Shown here piece by piece: positions 24,862 to 31,952 of a stretch of DNA of 32,000 nt (the first letter of the stretch is position 1; every line of letters begins with the position of its first letter). The translations under genes and the position numbers were made by a program. Below the pieces are notes generated by a model. The model searched no databases, was not told the DNA's origin, and saw only the letters and a list, made by a program, of their open reading frames with translations. This DNA comes from an uncultured Candidatus Saccharimonas sp. (lineage in GTDB: Bacteria > Patescibacteriota > Saccharimonadia > Saccharimonadales > Saccharimonadaceae), in NCBI GenBank assembly GCA_963528875.1, contig CAURWT010000002.1, positions 120,001 to 152,000 of the forward strand, read 5' to 3'.

Positions 24862-26166
24862 TTAGATTTTTATTTTTGCCAATTTCTTGCGAAAAACTAC
24901 TGCAGTAGTTACGCCCAAAATAGCAAAAGCTAGAATAATGAAATTTTGAGATTTTTCAAAACCAGTGTTTGGAGCTTGAACTTTCCCTTCTGAAGGCTTT
25001 TCAGCTTTTGGCGTCTCAACAGCTGGTTGCGGTTGAGCTGGAGTTGGTGCAGGAGCAGGTTTTTGTGGTTTTGCCTCAGGCCTACGGATTTTGGCATAGG
25101 TTTCTACGTTACTTCCAAAAATATCTGCAGTATCGTTAAAAACTCTTTTATCAATTACGCTTCCATCTGGCGCAATTAGCTCAGTAGTCTGCTTAACATC
25201 GCTAATCTTCCCATTTTTAATACTTGAACCATCTACCACTTTGACTGAAGAAAACCAACCCCGATAAACTCCATCTGTAGCTGGCATATCTTTCAATACC
25301 TCCAAGACTACTTCATCCTCAGAACGGGAAATAACTTTCAATTCCATACCCGGGCCACCAGCAAAATATACACCATATTTATTCACTGGAGTTGAAGCAA
25401 AGATACTTTCACGCATTCTCGTAAACTGTACAGTTGAGCCGATAGGATGAGTTTTATCGTCAAAACGGAGTGAAGAGTCTTTGTGCATAGTAACCTTAAG
25501 CTTAGAACCAGCCTTAATAGCGTTTTTTCCGTATTGTACTATAGTAGGATTAAATGAGAAAACTCCATTATTAGAATTTAATTGTGTTACACTACCCCCA
25601 ACAGCAGTTCTAGTTGCATTTAGCAAAGGTTGTTTAGTTAGTTTAACATCTTCACCTTTTAAAGTAGTGCTACCAATAATTTTAGTTTCTACAATAACGT
25701 CACGATTCACATATGAGAAATAATTGGCATTATTGTTAGAAATAGATGTTTTAAAATCAGCATATTTTTCAATATTCTTATTGAAAACAATTTTTCCCTG
25801 CCAAATAGTAGCTCCTGGTTTAGCATTTTCATCATTGCGAACAACAGATTGATAGTTTAAGTCATGACCGTCACTATACTTCTTATCAACCAATATCTCA
25901 CCAATTTTATCGCCTTTATAATTAAGATCTACTTTCCATCCAGGAATCACAGACACATTCTCAGCACGAAAAGTTGCCCAGTCCCCTTCTTTAACATTCT
26001 GGCCAGAAATATCAATAGACCACTCGCGCCCGCTGCTCTTAATACTCTTAGGTTCAATCTTTAACCGACTCGTAATATCCTCAGCAGCAAAGGCCGAAGA
26101 ACCAAAGCTAACTATCGAAAATAACGCAACAAGAATAAAAATTGTTATTTTACTTCGAAAATTCAT
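24862..26166 (-). CDS. Secreted cell-surface protein with a sortase-type C-terminal sorting signal
   Basis: Signal peptide (ITIFILVALFSIVSFGSSAFA), a Pro-rich stalk (PEAKPQKPAPAPTPAQPQPAVETPKAEKP), then APNTG + hydrophobic helix + RKKLAKIKI. SD GGGAGA. Confidence 0.7.
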   Translation of the reverse strand: MNFRSKITIFILVALFSIVSFGSSAFAAEDITSRLKIEPKSIKSSGREWSIDISGQNVKEGDWATFRAENVSVIPGWKVDLNYKGDKIGEILVDKKYSDGHDLNYQSVVRNDENAKPGATIWQGKIVFNKNIEKYADFKTSISNNNANYFSYVNRDVIVETKIIGSTTLKGEDVKLTKQPLLNATRTAVGGSVTQLNSNNGVFSFNPTIVQYGKNAIKAGSKLKVTMHKDSSLRFDDKTHPIGSTVQFTRMRESIFASTPVNKYGVYFAGGPGMELKVISRSEDEVVLEVLKDMPATDGVYRGWFSSVKVVDGSSIKNGKISDVKQTTELIAPDGSVIDKRVFNDTADIFGSNVETYAKIRRPEAKPQKPAPAPTPAQPQPAVETPKAEKPSEGKVQAPNTGFEKSQNFIILAFAILGVTTAVVFRKKLAKIKI

Positions 26167-26210
26167 TTTTTCTCCCTTTTTAATTATATAAACACTTATG
26201 CTTAAAATTT

Positions 26211-26219
26211 ATTATACCA
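26211..26219 (-). promoter_or_regulatory. Extended -10 TGGTATAAT promoter for the surface-protein gene (about 40-nt leader)
   Basis: Plus-strand attatacca lies upstream of the SD-containing leader. Confidence 0.5.
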
Positions 26220-26242
26220 CTTTCTTTTTTAAAAGTAAATAA

Positions 26243-26269
26243 CAAAAAATAGACTTTTAAAAGCCTATT
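26243..26269 (-). terminator. Terminator immediately after recO
   Basis: Minus-strand RNA reads AAUAGGC-UUUUAAAA-GUCUAUU followed by UUUUGUUAUUU. Confidence 0.45.
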
Positions 26270-26941
26270 TTAAAATCTTGGAATTATTTCTTCAATTTTG
26301 TTCAAAAAAATATCACAACCTTTAATTTTTGAAATAACTTTTGGCTCGCTTGAAACCATTAGCCGCAAAAATTTAATATCATTTGCGTCAAATTTACCGC
26401 TAAAACTTTCCACAAAAACCTTATCATAAAAATCAAAATCATATTTTAAATTTACCTGCAATTTCTTGCCATTTTTATCTGTTTCAAGATTAATTTCATC
26501 GCCAGAAAATTCTGCAATTTTAAGAATAAACCATTTTCGAACTAAATCTAAGCTAATCTCAAAATCATTCAAACTGCGAAAGACTTTTAACAAAATTTCG
26601 AAAAATTCAGCCGATTCGATATGTTCGCAAAGGTTCGAAACCTTTTTAATTGCTTGGTAGGCAAAATCTGTTCTTTCAAAATCTTTCAAAATTTCACCAA
26701 AAAACTCGCACATTCGCGCCGAAGAAAGTGTTTTCATTTCACTCTTCCCCTCAATTAAAACCACTTCATTTAGCGAAAAAAACTCAATTCCACCAGCAAG
26801 CTTTGATTTTGGTTTTCGAACGCCACGCGCAATTGCCACCTGCTTGCCATTTGGAGTTAATAAATTTATAATTCGGTCGGCCTCGCCAAAATCAGTTCGC
26901 CGCAAAACTATAGCCAGAGTTTTTTTGCGTGAATTATTCAT
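26270..26941 (-). CDS. recO: DNA repair protein RecO
   Basis: ..AIVLRRTDFGEADRIINLLTPNGKQVAIARGVRKPKSKLAGGIE.. is typical of the RecO OB-fold N-terminus. The start overlaps the upstream regulator by 8 nt. Confidence 0.85.
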   Translation of the reverse strand: MNNSRKKTLAIVLRRTDFGEADRIINLLTPNGKQVAIARGVRKPKSKLAGGIEFFSLNEVVLIEGKSEMKTLSSARMCEFFGEILKDFERTDFAYQAIKKVSNLCEHIESAEFFEILLKVFRSLNDFEISLDLVRKWFILKIAEFSGDEINLETDKNGKKLQVNLKYDFDFYDKVFVESFSGKFDANDIKFLRLMVSSEPKVISKIKGCDIFLNKIEEIIPRF

Positions 26942-27299
26942 CTAAAATCTCCTTGATTTTTGTGCGAATTTCTTTTGGTGAAACCTGAGATTTATCAAAA
27001 ATATGGCGAACATTGAACAATTTTAAACTTTCGGAATCTATTTCACTTGCTAAATCTGAACAAATCACCACTGGAATTTTTGCTGTATCAGTATAGCTCT
27101 GCAATTCATTTAAAAGAGCAAAAGCCGAGTGCCCTTCAAGCAAAATATCAAGAAAAATTAAGTCTGGCAAACTTTTATCAATCTCTAAGATTGCTTTTTG
27201 CGCAGAATTAACTTTTGAAATTAAAAAAATTGAACGCAAAATTATTTCAAAATTATCTGCCAAGATTGTATTATCTTCAATAATTAAAATTTTTTTCAC
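26934..27299 (-). CDS. Receiver-only response regulator
   Basis: KILIIEDN.., ..DLIFLDILLEGHSAF.., ..VVICSD.. with no output domain. The GTG start overlaps the kinase TGA stop. Confidence 0.8.
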   Translation of the reverse strand: MKKILIIEDNTILADNFEIILRSIFLISKVNSAQKAILEIDKSLPDLIFLDILLEGHSAFALLNELQSYTDTAKIPVVICSDLASEIDSESLKLFNVRHIFDKSQVSPKEIRTKIKEILDE

Positions 27300-28012
27300 A
27301 ATAAACTCAACTGACCAGAACGGTTTAAATCAACATAAAAAGTGCTTCCATCACGATGGCGAATCACACCAATTTTTGCTCCCATTGCCGCCGCAAAACT
27401 TTGAGCAATAAAAATACCCAGGCCAGAACTCTGCGGCCGAGAATTCGCTCGAACCGGCTGATGATTCTGTTTTTTAACTGAACGCCAAATCGAAAGCGGT
27501 AATTCTTCGCCATAATCTCGAACTGAAATTCGAACTTTTTCACCAATATTTGAAATTTTAATTTCAACTTCGCTCTTTTCGTTCGAAGAATAAAGTGCGT
27601 TATCTGAGAAGTTCATCAAAATTGAACGAAGCAATTCATAATTCGCCATAATTAACTCATTTTTTCGAACATTTTTAAACCTAATAACTCTACCATGAAG
27701 TTTAAAAACATCGGTAATTTCTGCAACTACATCATTGCAGATTTTTTTCGAATTTATAGGCTCAAGCTCGAACATTGCATCTTCAAGCTTTGAAATTTTA
27801 GTTAGATCTTGAACGAGTCGCAAAGCCCTCTCGCTAGTGATATCGATTTGTCGTAGAATTCGGCTTTTTTCAGAATTAGAAATCTCAATTTCATCATCAT
27901 TCAAAGTTAAAGAAAGCTGGCGAATAATTGAAAGCGGGGTTTTCATCTCGTGAGCAGCAATAAGAAAACTGCTTTCTTTTGCTACCAGATTTAAAAACTC
28001 CCGCTCATCCAT
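27296..28012 (-). CDS. Minimal cytoplasmic histidine kinase (HisKA + HATPase_c only)
   Basis: H-box AAHEMKTPLSII, N-box NFSDNALYSS, and G-boxes RDYGEELP / GLGIFIAQSF. No TM or sensor domain in 238 aa. Confidence 0.85.
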   Translation of the reverse strand: MDEREFLNLVAKESSFLIAAHEMKTPLSIIRQLSLTLNDDEIEISNSEKSRILRQIDITSERALRLVQDLTKISKLEDAMFELEPINSKKICNDVVAEITDVFKLHGRVIRFKNVRKNELIMANYELLRSILMNFSDNALYSSNEKSEVEIKISNIGEKVRISVRDYGEELPLSIWRSVKKQNHQPVRANSRPQSSGLGIFIAQSFAAAMGAKIGVIRHRDGSTFYVDLNRSGQLSLL

Positions 28013-28018
28013 ATTTTT

Positions 28019-28027
28019 ATTATAGCA
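28019..28027 (-). promoter_or_regulatory. Extended -10 TGCTATAAT, 6 nt from the kinase ATG (leaderless type)
   Basis: The minus strand reads TGCTATAAT-AAAAAT-ATGGAT. Confidence 0.55.
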
Positions 28028-28048
28028 AATTTTTGCTATTTTTAAAAG

Positions 28049-28723
28049 CTAATCCATTTTTAGAGTGCTTAAAACATTTTCGTTCAAGACGTTGTTGTAA
28101 GTGTCAGCATCGGTTCGAATCATCAAAGTTTTACTATTCAATTTAAAATAATAAGCTGTTCCACGAATTCGATTATTCTTCTCTAGTCCAGGGAATAACC
28201 CTGCAATTTTTGTTGCTGGATATCCATTAACCGTTACGGCTTCAGAAGAAAGCTCACCTTTTTTAATAGCTTCGTTAAATTCTTTAAGAACTTCATCCAC
28301 GCTCTTCTCATAAATAGCTACGCGCAAACCGAAACGCTGAGTATCTTTGCCGTCTTTTGGAACTGGTGGCACTGTATCTGGATAGAAATAAGAGAAGAAC
28401 CCCTTTCGATCAGAACCATTAGATTCAACATATTGATTCCAAAATGTTGGATAACTAAAAGTTACCTTTCCTAAATCTTCTGGAGCACGAAATTCTTTAA
28501 CAGTTTTTCGTCGCTCTTCATTATATTTCTTTTCATCATCTTCTTGCTGTTTTCGTTTTCCTTCAGCAACTTGTAAGTCAATTTTTCCTTCAACATCTGT
28601 TTTTACATTGTTATATTCAATATAAGCCCAAATCCCAAATGAACCAGCACCAGCAAAACCGATGCTCAACAGAATAATTGCGATTGTTGAACCTTTAACT
28701 GCACCTTTTTTGAATCTATTCAT
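28049..28723 (-). CDS. Hypothetical membrane-anchored extracytoplasmic protein
   Basis: The track ORF extends to 28855 but that part overlaps the tRNA. Trimmed to the ATG at 28723 (MNRFKKGAVKGSTIAIILLSIGFAGAG..), 7 nt from a TATAAT. No family recognised. Confidence 0.6.
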   Translation of the reverse strand: MNRFKKGAVKGSTIAIILLSIGFAGAGSFGIWAYIEYNNVKTDVEGKIDLQVAEGKRKQQEDDEKKYNEERRKTVKEFRAPEDLGKVTFSYPTFWNQYVESNGSDRKGFFSYFYPDTVPPVPKDGKDTQRFGLRVAIYEKSVDEVLKEFNEAIKKGELSSEAVTVNGYPATKIAGLFPGLEKNNRIRGTAYYFKLNSKTLMIRTDADTYNNVLNENVLSTLKMD

Positions 28724-28730
28724 ACCTACC

Positions 28731-28736
28731 ATTATA
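28731..28736 (-). promoter_or_regulatory. -10 TATAAT, 7 nt from the ATG at 28723 (leaderless type)
   Basis: The minus strand reads AAGTATAAT-GGTAGGT-ATGAAT. There is no TG extension. Confidence 0.4.
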
Positions 28737-28820
28737 CTTATGTTTTTAAATTTTTCAAGTGCTTTTCGAAACTTTATTTTAAAAAATAAAAAACCGCCAA
28801 AGCGGAATTTATCAAAAAAT

Positions 28821-28896
28821 TGGTGGCTCCTCCCAGACTTGAACTGGGGACACAAGGCTCTTCAGGCCTCTGCTCTACCAACTGAGCTAAAGAGCC
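28821..28896 (-). tRNA. tRNA-Phe (anticodon GAA), CCA encoded
   Basis: The minus strand reads GGCTCTTTAGCTCAGTTGGTAGAGCAGAGGCCTGAAGAGCCTTGTGTCCCCAGTTCAAGTCTGGGAGGAGCCACCA. This folds as a 76-nt cloverleaf (7/4/5/5-bp stems) with anticodon loop CTGAAGA. Confidence 0.92.
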
Positions 28897-28907
28897 AACC
28901 TTTATTA

Positions 28908-28936
28908 ATTATACAGTATAAGCTTTTTTATTGCAA
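28908..28936 (-). promoter_or_regulatory. Sigma-70 type promoter for tRNA-Phe
   Basis: -35 TTGCAA (28931-28936), a 17-bp spacer and -10 TATAAT (28908-28913), 11 nt before the mature tRNA 5' end. Confidence 0.6.
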
Positions 28937-28961
28937 GAGTTTTTTAAAATTTTATTAGAAA

Positions 28962-29001
28962 ATAAGCGTGTCGCAAAATTAAAGTTTTGTTATACGCTTA
29001 T
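28962..29001 (-). terminator. Hairpin after prfB (probable terminator)
   Basis: ATAAGCGT...ACGCTTAT outer 8-bp stem with an inner CAAAA/TTTTG stem, followed on the minus strand by UUUCUAAUAAAAUUUU. Confidence 0.45.
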
Positions 29002-29005
29002 GTTT

Positions 29006-30085
29006 TTATTCTTTCGAACTTTCTAAAAATGCAAAGATAAATCCGTCAATTTCGCCGTTTAAGACCTTTTCGATATCTTTTTCTTCATATTTGGTTCGTG
29101 TATCTTTAACTATTTTATAGGGGTTTAGAACATAATTTCGAATTTGCGAGCCCCAATCAGCAGATTTTCCAGCTTGAAGTTCACTCAAATTCTGTGCGTG
29201 CTGTTCCATTTTCATTTGCACTAGCTTTCCACGCAAAATATTCATTGCGGTTTCTTTATTTTGCGTCTGCGAGCGTTCATTCTGAATTGCCACAACCGTA
29301 CCAGTTGGAATGTGTGTAATTCGCACAGCTGAGTCAGTTGTATTTACACCTTGCCCGCCCTTTCCGCCAGAGCGATAAACATCAATTCGAAGGTCTTTTT
29401 CAGCAATTTCAACATGTTCTGGCGTATCAATTTTTGGCAAAACTTCAACTAAAGCAAAAGAAGTTTCACGAGTTCCACCACTGTTAAACGGCGAAATCCG
29501 CACCAAACGATGTACACCATTTTCACTTCGCATTTTACCATAAGCATAAAGGCCTTGAATTTCGAAAACGCTAGTTTTAATTCCAGCTTCTTCACCAACA
29601 CTTCGCTCAATTTGCTCGGTTTTGAGCTTATTTTTTTCAGCCCAACGCAAATACATTCGCTCCAACATTTCAGCAAAATCTTGCGCATCAGTTCCGCCAA
29701 CACCAGCTGTAATTCGAACGATTGCATCGCCGCTGTCAAATTCTCCATCAAATAAAAGCTGTTTTTTTAGCTCTTCAAAATCATTTTCGAATTGCAAAAT
29801 TTGAGTTTCAAACTCTTCAAGAAGCTCATCATCGCTAAGATTTATCAATTCTAGAATGTCTTCAACTTGCGTTTTTAAGACCAGCCAAGGGTGGATTTCC
29901 TTGTTTAAATCAGCAAGTTTTTTAACTTTTTCTTGTGCAGTTTTGGGGTTTAGCCAAATTTCTGGATTCGAAATTTCAACCTCTAAATCTGAGATTTGAT
30001 TTTTTTTGCTTTCAAGATTAAGCTTTAAGCTCGCTTTTTCAAGCTCATTTAAAATTTCGCCAACGCGAGCTTTCAGCTTATCCAT
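29006..30085 (-). CDS. prfB: Peptide chain release factor 2, encoded in one uninterrupted frame
   Basis: SPF tripeptide (RISPFNSGG) and GGQ (SGGKGGQGVNTTDSAVRITHIPTG). No in-frame UGA at the usual codon-26 region. Confidence 0.95.
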   Translation of the reverse strand: MDKLKARVGEILNELEKASLKLNLESKKNQISDLEVEISNPEIWLNPKTAQEKVKKLADLNKEIHPWLVLKTQVEDILELINLSDDELLEEFETQILQFENDFEELKKQLLFDGEFDSGDAIVRITAGVGGTDAQDFAEMLERMYLRWAEKNKLKTEQIERSVGEEAGIKTSVFEIQGLYAYGKMRSENGVHRLVRISPFNSGGTRETSFALVEVLPKIDTPEHVEIAEKDLRIDVYRSGGKGGQGVNTTDSAVRITHIPTGTVVAIQNERSQTQNKETAMNILRGKLVQMKMEQHAQNLSELQAGKSADWGSQIRNYVLNPYKIVKDTRTKYEEKDIEKVLNGEIDGFIFAFLESSKE

Positions 30086-30509
30086 AATTTATTTCTTTGC
30101 CGCCTTCTTCAGCTTCTGCTTCAGTATCATCGTCTGTGAAAAGTTTTTCAACAAACAAAAGTACGAAATATACAACGAATGCAATTACTAAAAAGTTAAT
30201 GACATCGTTTAAAAATGCACCATAAGAAAGAACTGCTTCTTTACCTGCTGGTGTTTTTCCCATATTCCAAACAACACCTTTCAAACCTTCGGCTGATCCA
30301 AGAATGAAACCAAGTGGTGGCATAATGATATTATTAATCAAAGACTTAACAAGATCGCCAGAAGCCGTACCGAGAATTAAACCGATCGCCATTCCGATCA
30401 ATCCTTGATCTTTAATAAATTTTTTAAAACCCGCAAATTGTGCTTTTGGGTCTACTGCTTTTAATTTTAAAGCAGATTTCTTTGTAGATTTAGCTTGTTT
30501 TTTAGTCAT
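30078..30509 (-). CDS. mscL: Large-conductance mechanosensitive channel MscL
   Basis: ..GFKKFIKDQGLIGMAIGLILGTASGDLVKSLINNIIMPPLG.. with two TM helices and an acidic C-terminal tail. Overlaps the prfB start by 8 nt. Confidence 0.9.
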   Translation of the reverse strand: MTKKQAKSTKKSALKLKAVDPKAQFAGFKKFIKDQGLIGMAIGLILGTASGDLVKSLINNIIMPPLGFILGSAEGLKGVVWNMGKTPAGKEAVLSYGAFLNDVINFLVIAFVVYFVLLFVEKLFTDDDTEAEAEEGGKEINYG

Positions 30510-30516
30510 AATATAA

Positions 30517-30525
30517 ATTTTATCA
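30517..30525 (-). promoter_or_regulatory. Extended -10 TGATAAAAT, 7 nt from the mscL ATG (leaderless type); its TGA is the murD stop codon
   Basis: The minus strand reads ..CTTTTA-TGATAAAAT-TTATATT-ATGACT. Confidence 0.5.
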
Positions 30526-31857
30526 TAAAAGGTTTACATTTTCAACAAATTGTTCACCGCGATCAACATAACTTTTAAACATATCAAAACTGGCATGAGC
30601 AGGGCTTAAAATAATCACATCACCACTTTTTGCGTTTTCGAAAGCGGTTTTTACAACTTCTTGCATATTTGTTTTTGTGCCTAAATTTATAAACCGCTCG
30701 AATCCGCTTGATATCAATTTCTGGGCTAGTTTTTCAGATTCTGCCCCCATTAAAATTACCTTTCGAAGCTCTTGCTCTGGCATTTTTGCAATTTTTCCAA
30801 TCAGTTCACTTAGATCGGCGCCTTTATTGCTTCCACCAAGAATTAGAATTTTTGGCTTTTCGAAAGAATTTAGTGCAGCAATCGCACTACCCGGTGTGGT
30901 TGCAATGGAATCATCATAAAATCGCACACCTTCAAACTTACGAACAAATTTTAACCGATGTGGTAAACCTGTAAATTTCGAAAGCCCCTCTCGCCAAAAA
31001 TCGAAGATTTCCTCAATTTCGAAACCCTCTTCACGCAAAAAATCAAAGGTTGCAATCATTGCAGCACAAGCATTTTTTTGATTGTGTTCGCCTGGAATTT
31101 TCAAAATATCAGTTTCGAAGAGAACTTCATCTCCCCATAAAAAATGATCTTCTTGAATATGGGCTAAATTGTAGTTCTGAAAAGGCTGAAGTTCCGCCTT
31201 GAGTTGATTTTTTAAGTTTTCAACATTTTTTAAAACTATTGGATTTTCAGCATTAAAAATAAAAAAATCATTCTCGGTTTGATTTTTAGCAATATTCATT
31301 TTTGCCGCCACATAATCTTCAAAATCATCATGAACGTCAAGGTGATCAACTTCAAGATTATTTAAAATTGCAATATGCGGCGATTTTTGAGCATCCCAAA
31401 GCTGAAAACTGCTGAGTTCATAAATCACGGCATCATCTTTTTGAATTTTCGAAAGCTCATTAAGTGCTGGTAAGCCAATATTGCCAACAAGATGAATACT
31501 TAAACCAACTGCACGCAAAATTTCAGCAATAAAACTCGACACAGTTCCCTTGCCTTTTGAGCCAGTTACACCAATAATTGGTGCTGGGCATTTTTCGAAG
31601 AATAAATTTGTAACAGATGTAATTTTAGTATTTTTCGGCAAACGGCTAGGATTAACTGCGGGTGTTCGCACGATCAAATCTGCTTGAATTTTTGAAAAAT
31701 CATGAAAATCACCAAAGAATTTAACGCCACTTGGTAGCTCAATTTTACTTTTTGGGTTTTCGTCATAAATTTCAAAAGTATTATTTTGATCAATACTTTT
31801 GAAATAATCATAAGCACTTTTTGCCTCGAGCCCAAAACCAATTAATGCAATTTTCAT
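30523..31857 (-). CDS. murD: UDP-N-acetylmuramoylalanine--D-glutamate ligase MurD
   Basis: Rossmann-like N-terminus (KIALIGFGLEAKS), P-loop GVTGSKGKGT, ..HRLKFV.., and C-terminal ..SPAHASFDMFKSYVDRGEQF typical of MurD. SD GGAGA. Confidence 0.85.
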   Translation of the reverse strand: MKIALIGFGLEAKSAYDYFKSIDQNNTFEIYDENPKSKIELPSGVKFFGDFHDFSKIQADLIVRTPAVNPSRLPKNTKITSVTNLFFEKCPAPIIGVTGSKGKGTVSSFIAEILRAVGLSIHLVGNIGLPALNELSKIQKDDAVIYELSSFQLWDAQKSPHIAILNNLEVDHLDVHDDFEDYVAAKMNIAKNQTENDFFIFNAENPIVLKNVENLKNQLKAELQPFQNYNLAHIQEDHFLWGDEVLFETDILKIPGEHNQKNACAAMIATFDFLREEGFEIEEIFDFWREGLSKFTGLPHRLKFVRKFEGVRFYDDSIATTPGSAIAALNSFEKPKILILGGSNKGADLSELIGKIAKMPEQELRKVILMGAESEKLAQKLISSGFERFINLGTKTNMQEVVKTAFENAKSGDVIILSPAHASFDMFKSYVDRGEQFVENVNLL

Positions 31858-31910
31858 ATTTCTCCTTTTAGTTTAGATTATCTTTATTTTATTTTAGCAT
31901 ATTTCATGCA

Positions 31911-31948
31911 AAAAAACACCCCTTCCATTTTTTTGGAAGAGTGTTTTT
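31911..31948 (-). terminator. Rho-independent terminator of the gene entering from the right edge
   Basis: AAAAAACAC-CC-CTTCC(A) ttttttt GGAAG-A-GTGTTTTT. On the minus strand the stem is followed by UUUUUUU. Confidence 0.65.
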
Positions 31949-31952
31949 ACAT

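Noticed and set aside
28724-28855. N-terminal extensions of track ORFs: 28049-28855, 863-2089, 16756-17973, 18990-20225 and 16342-16755.
   Set aside because: The 28855 extension runs through tRNA-Phe. The others start at non-ATG codons upstream of an internal ATG that has a proper SD or an abutting -10 box, and the extra residues are atypical for the families.
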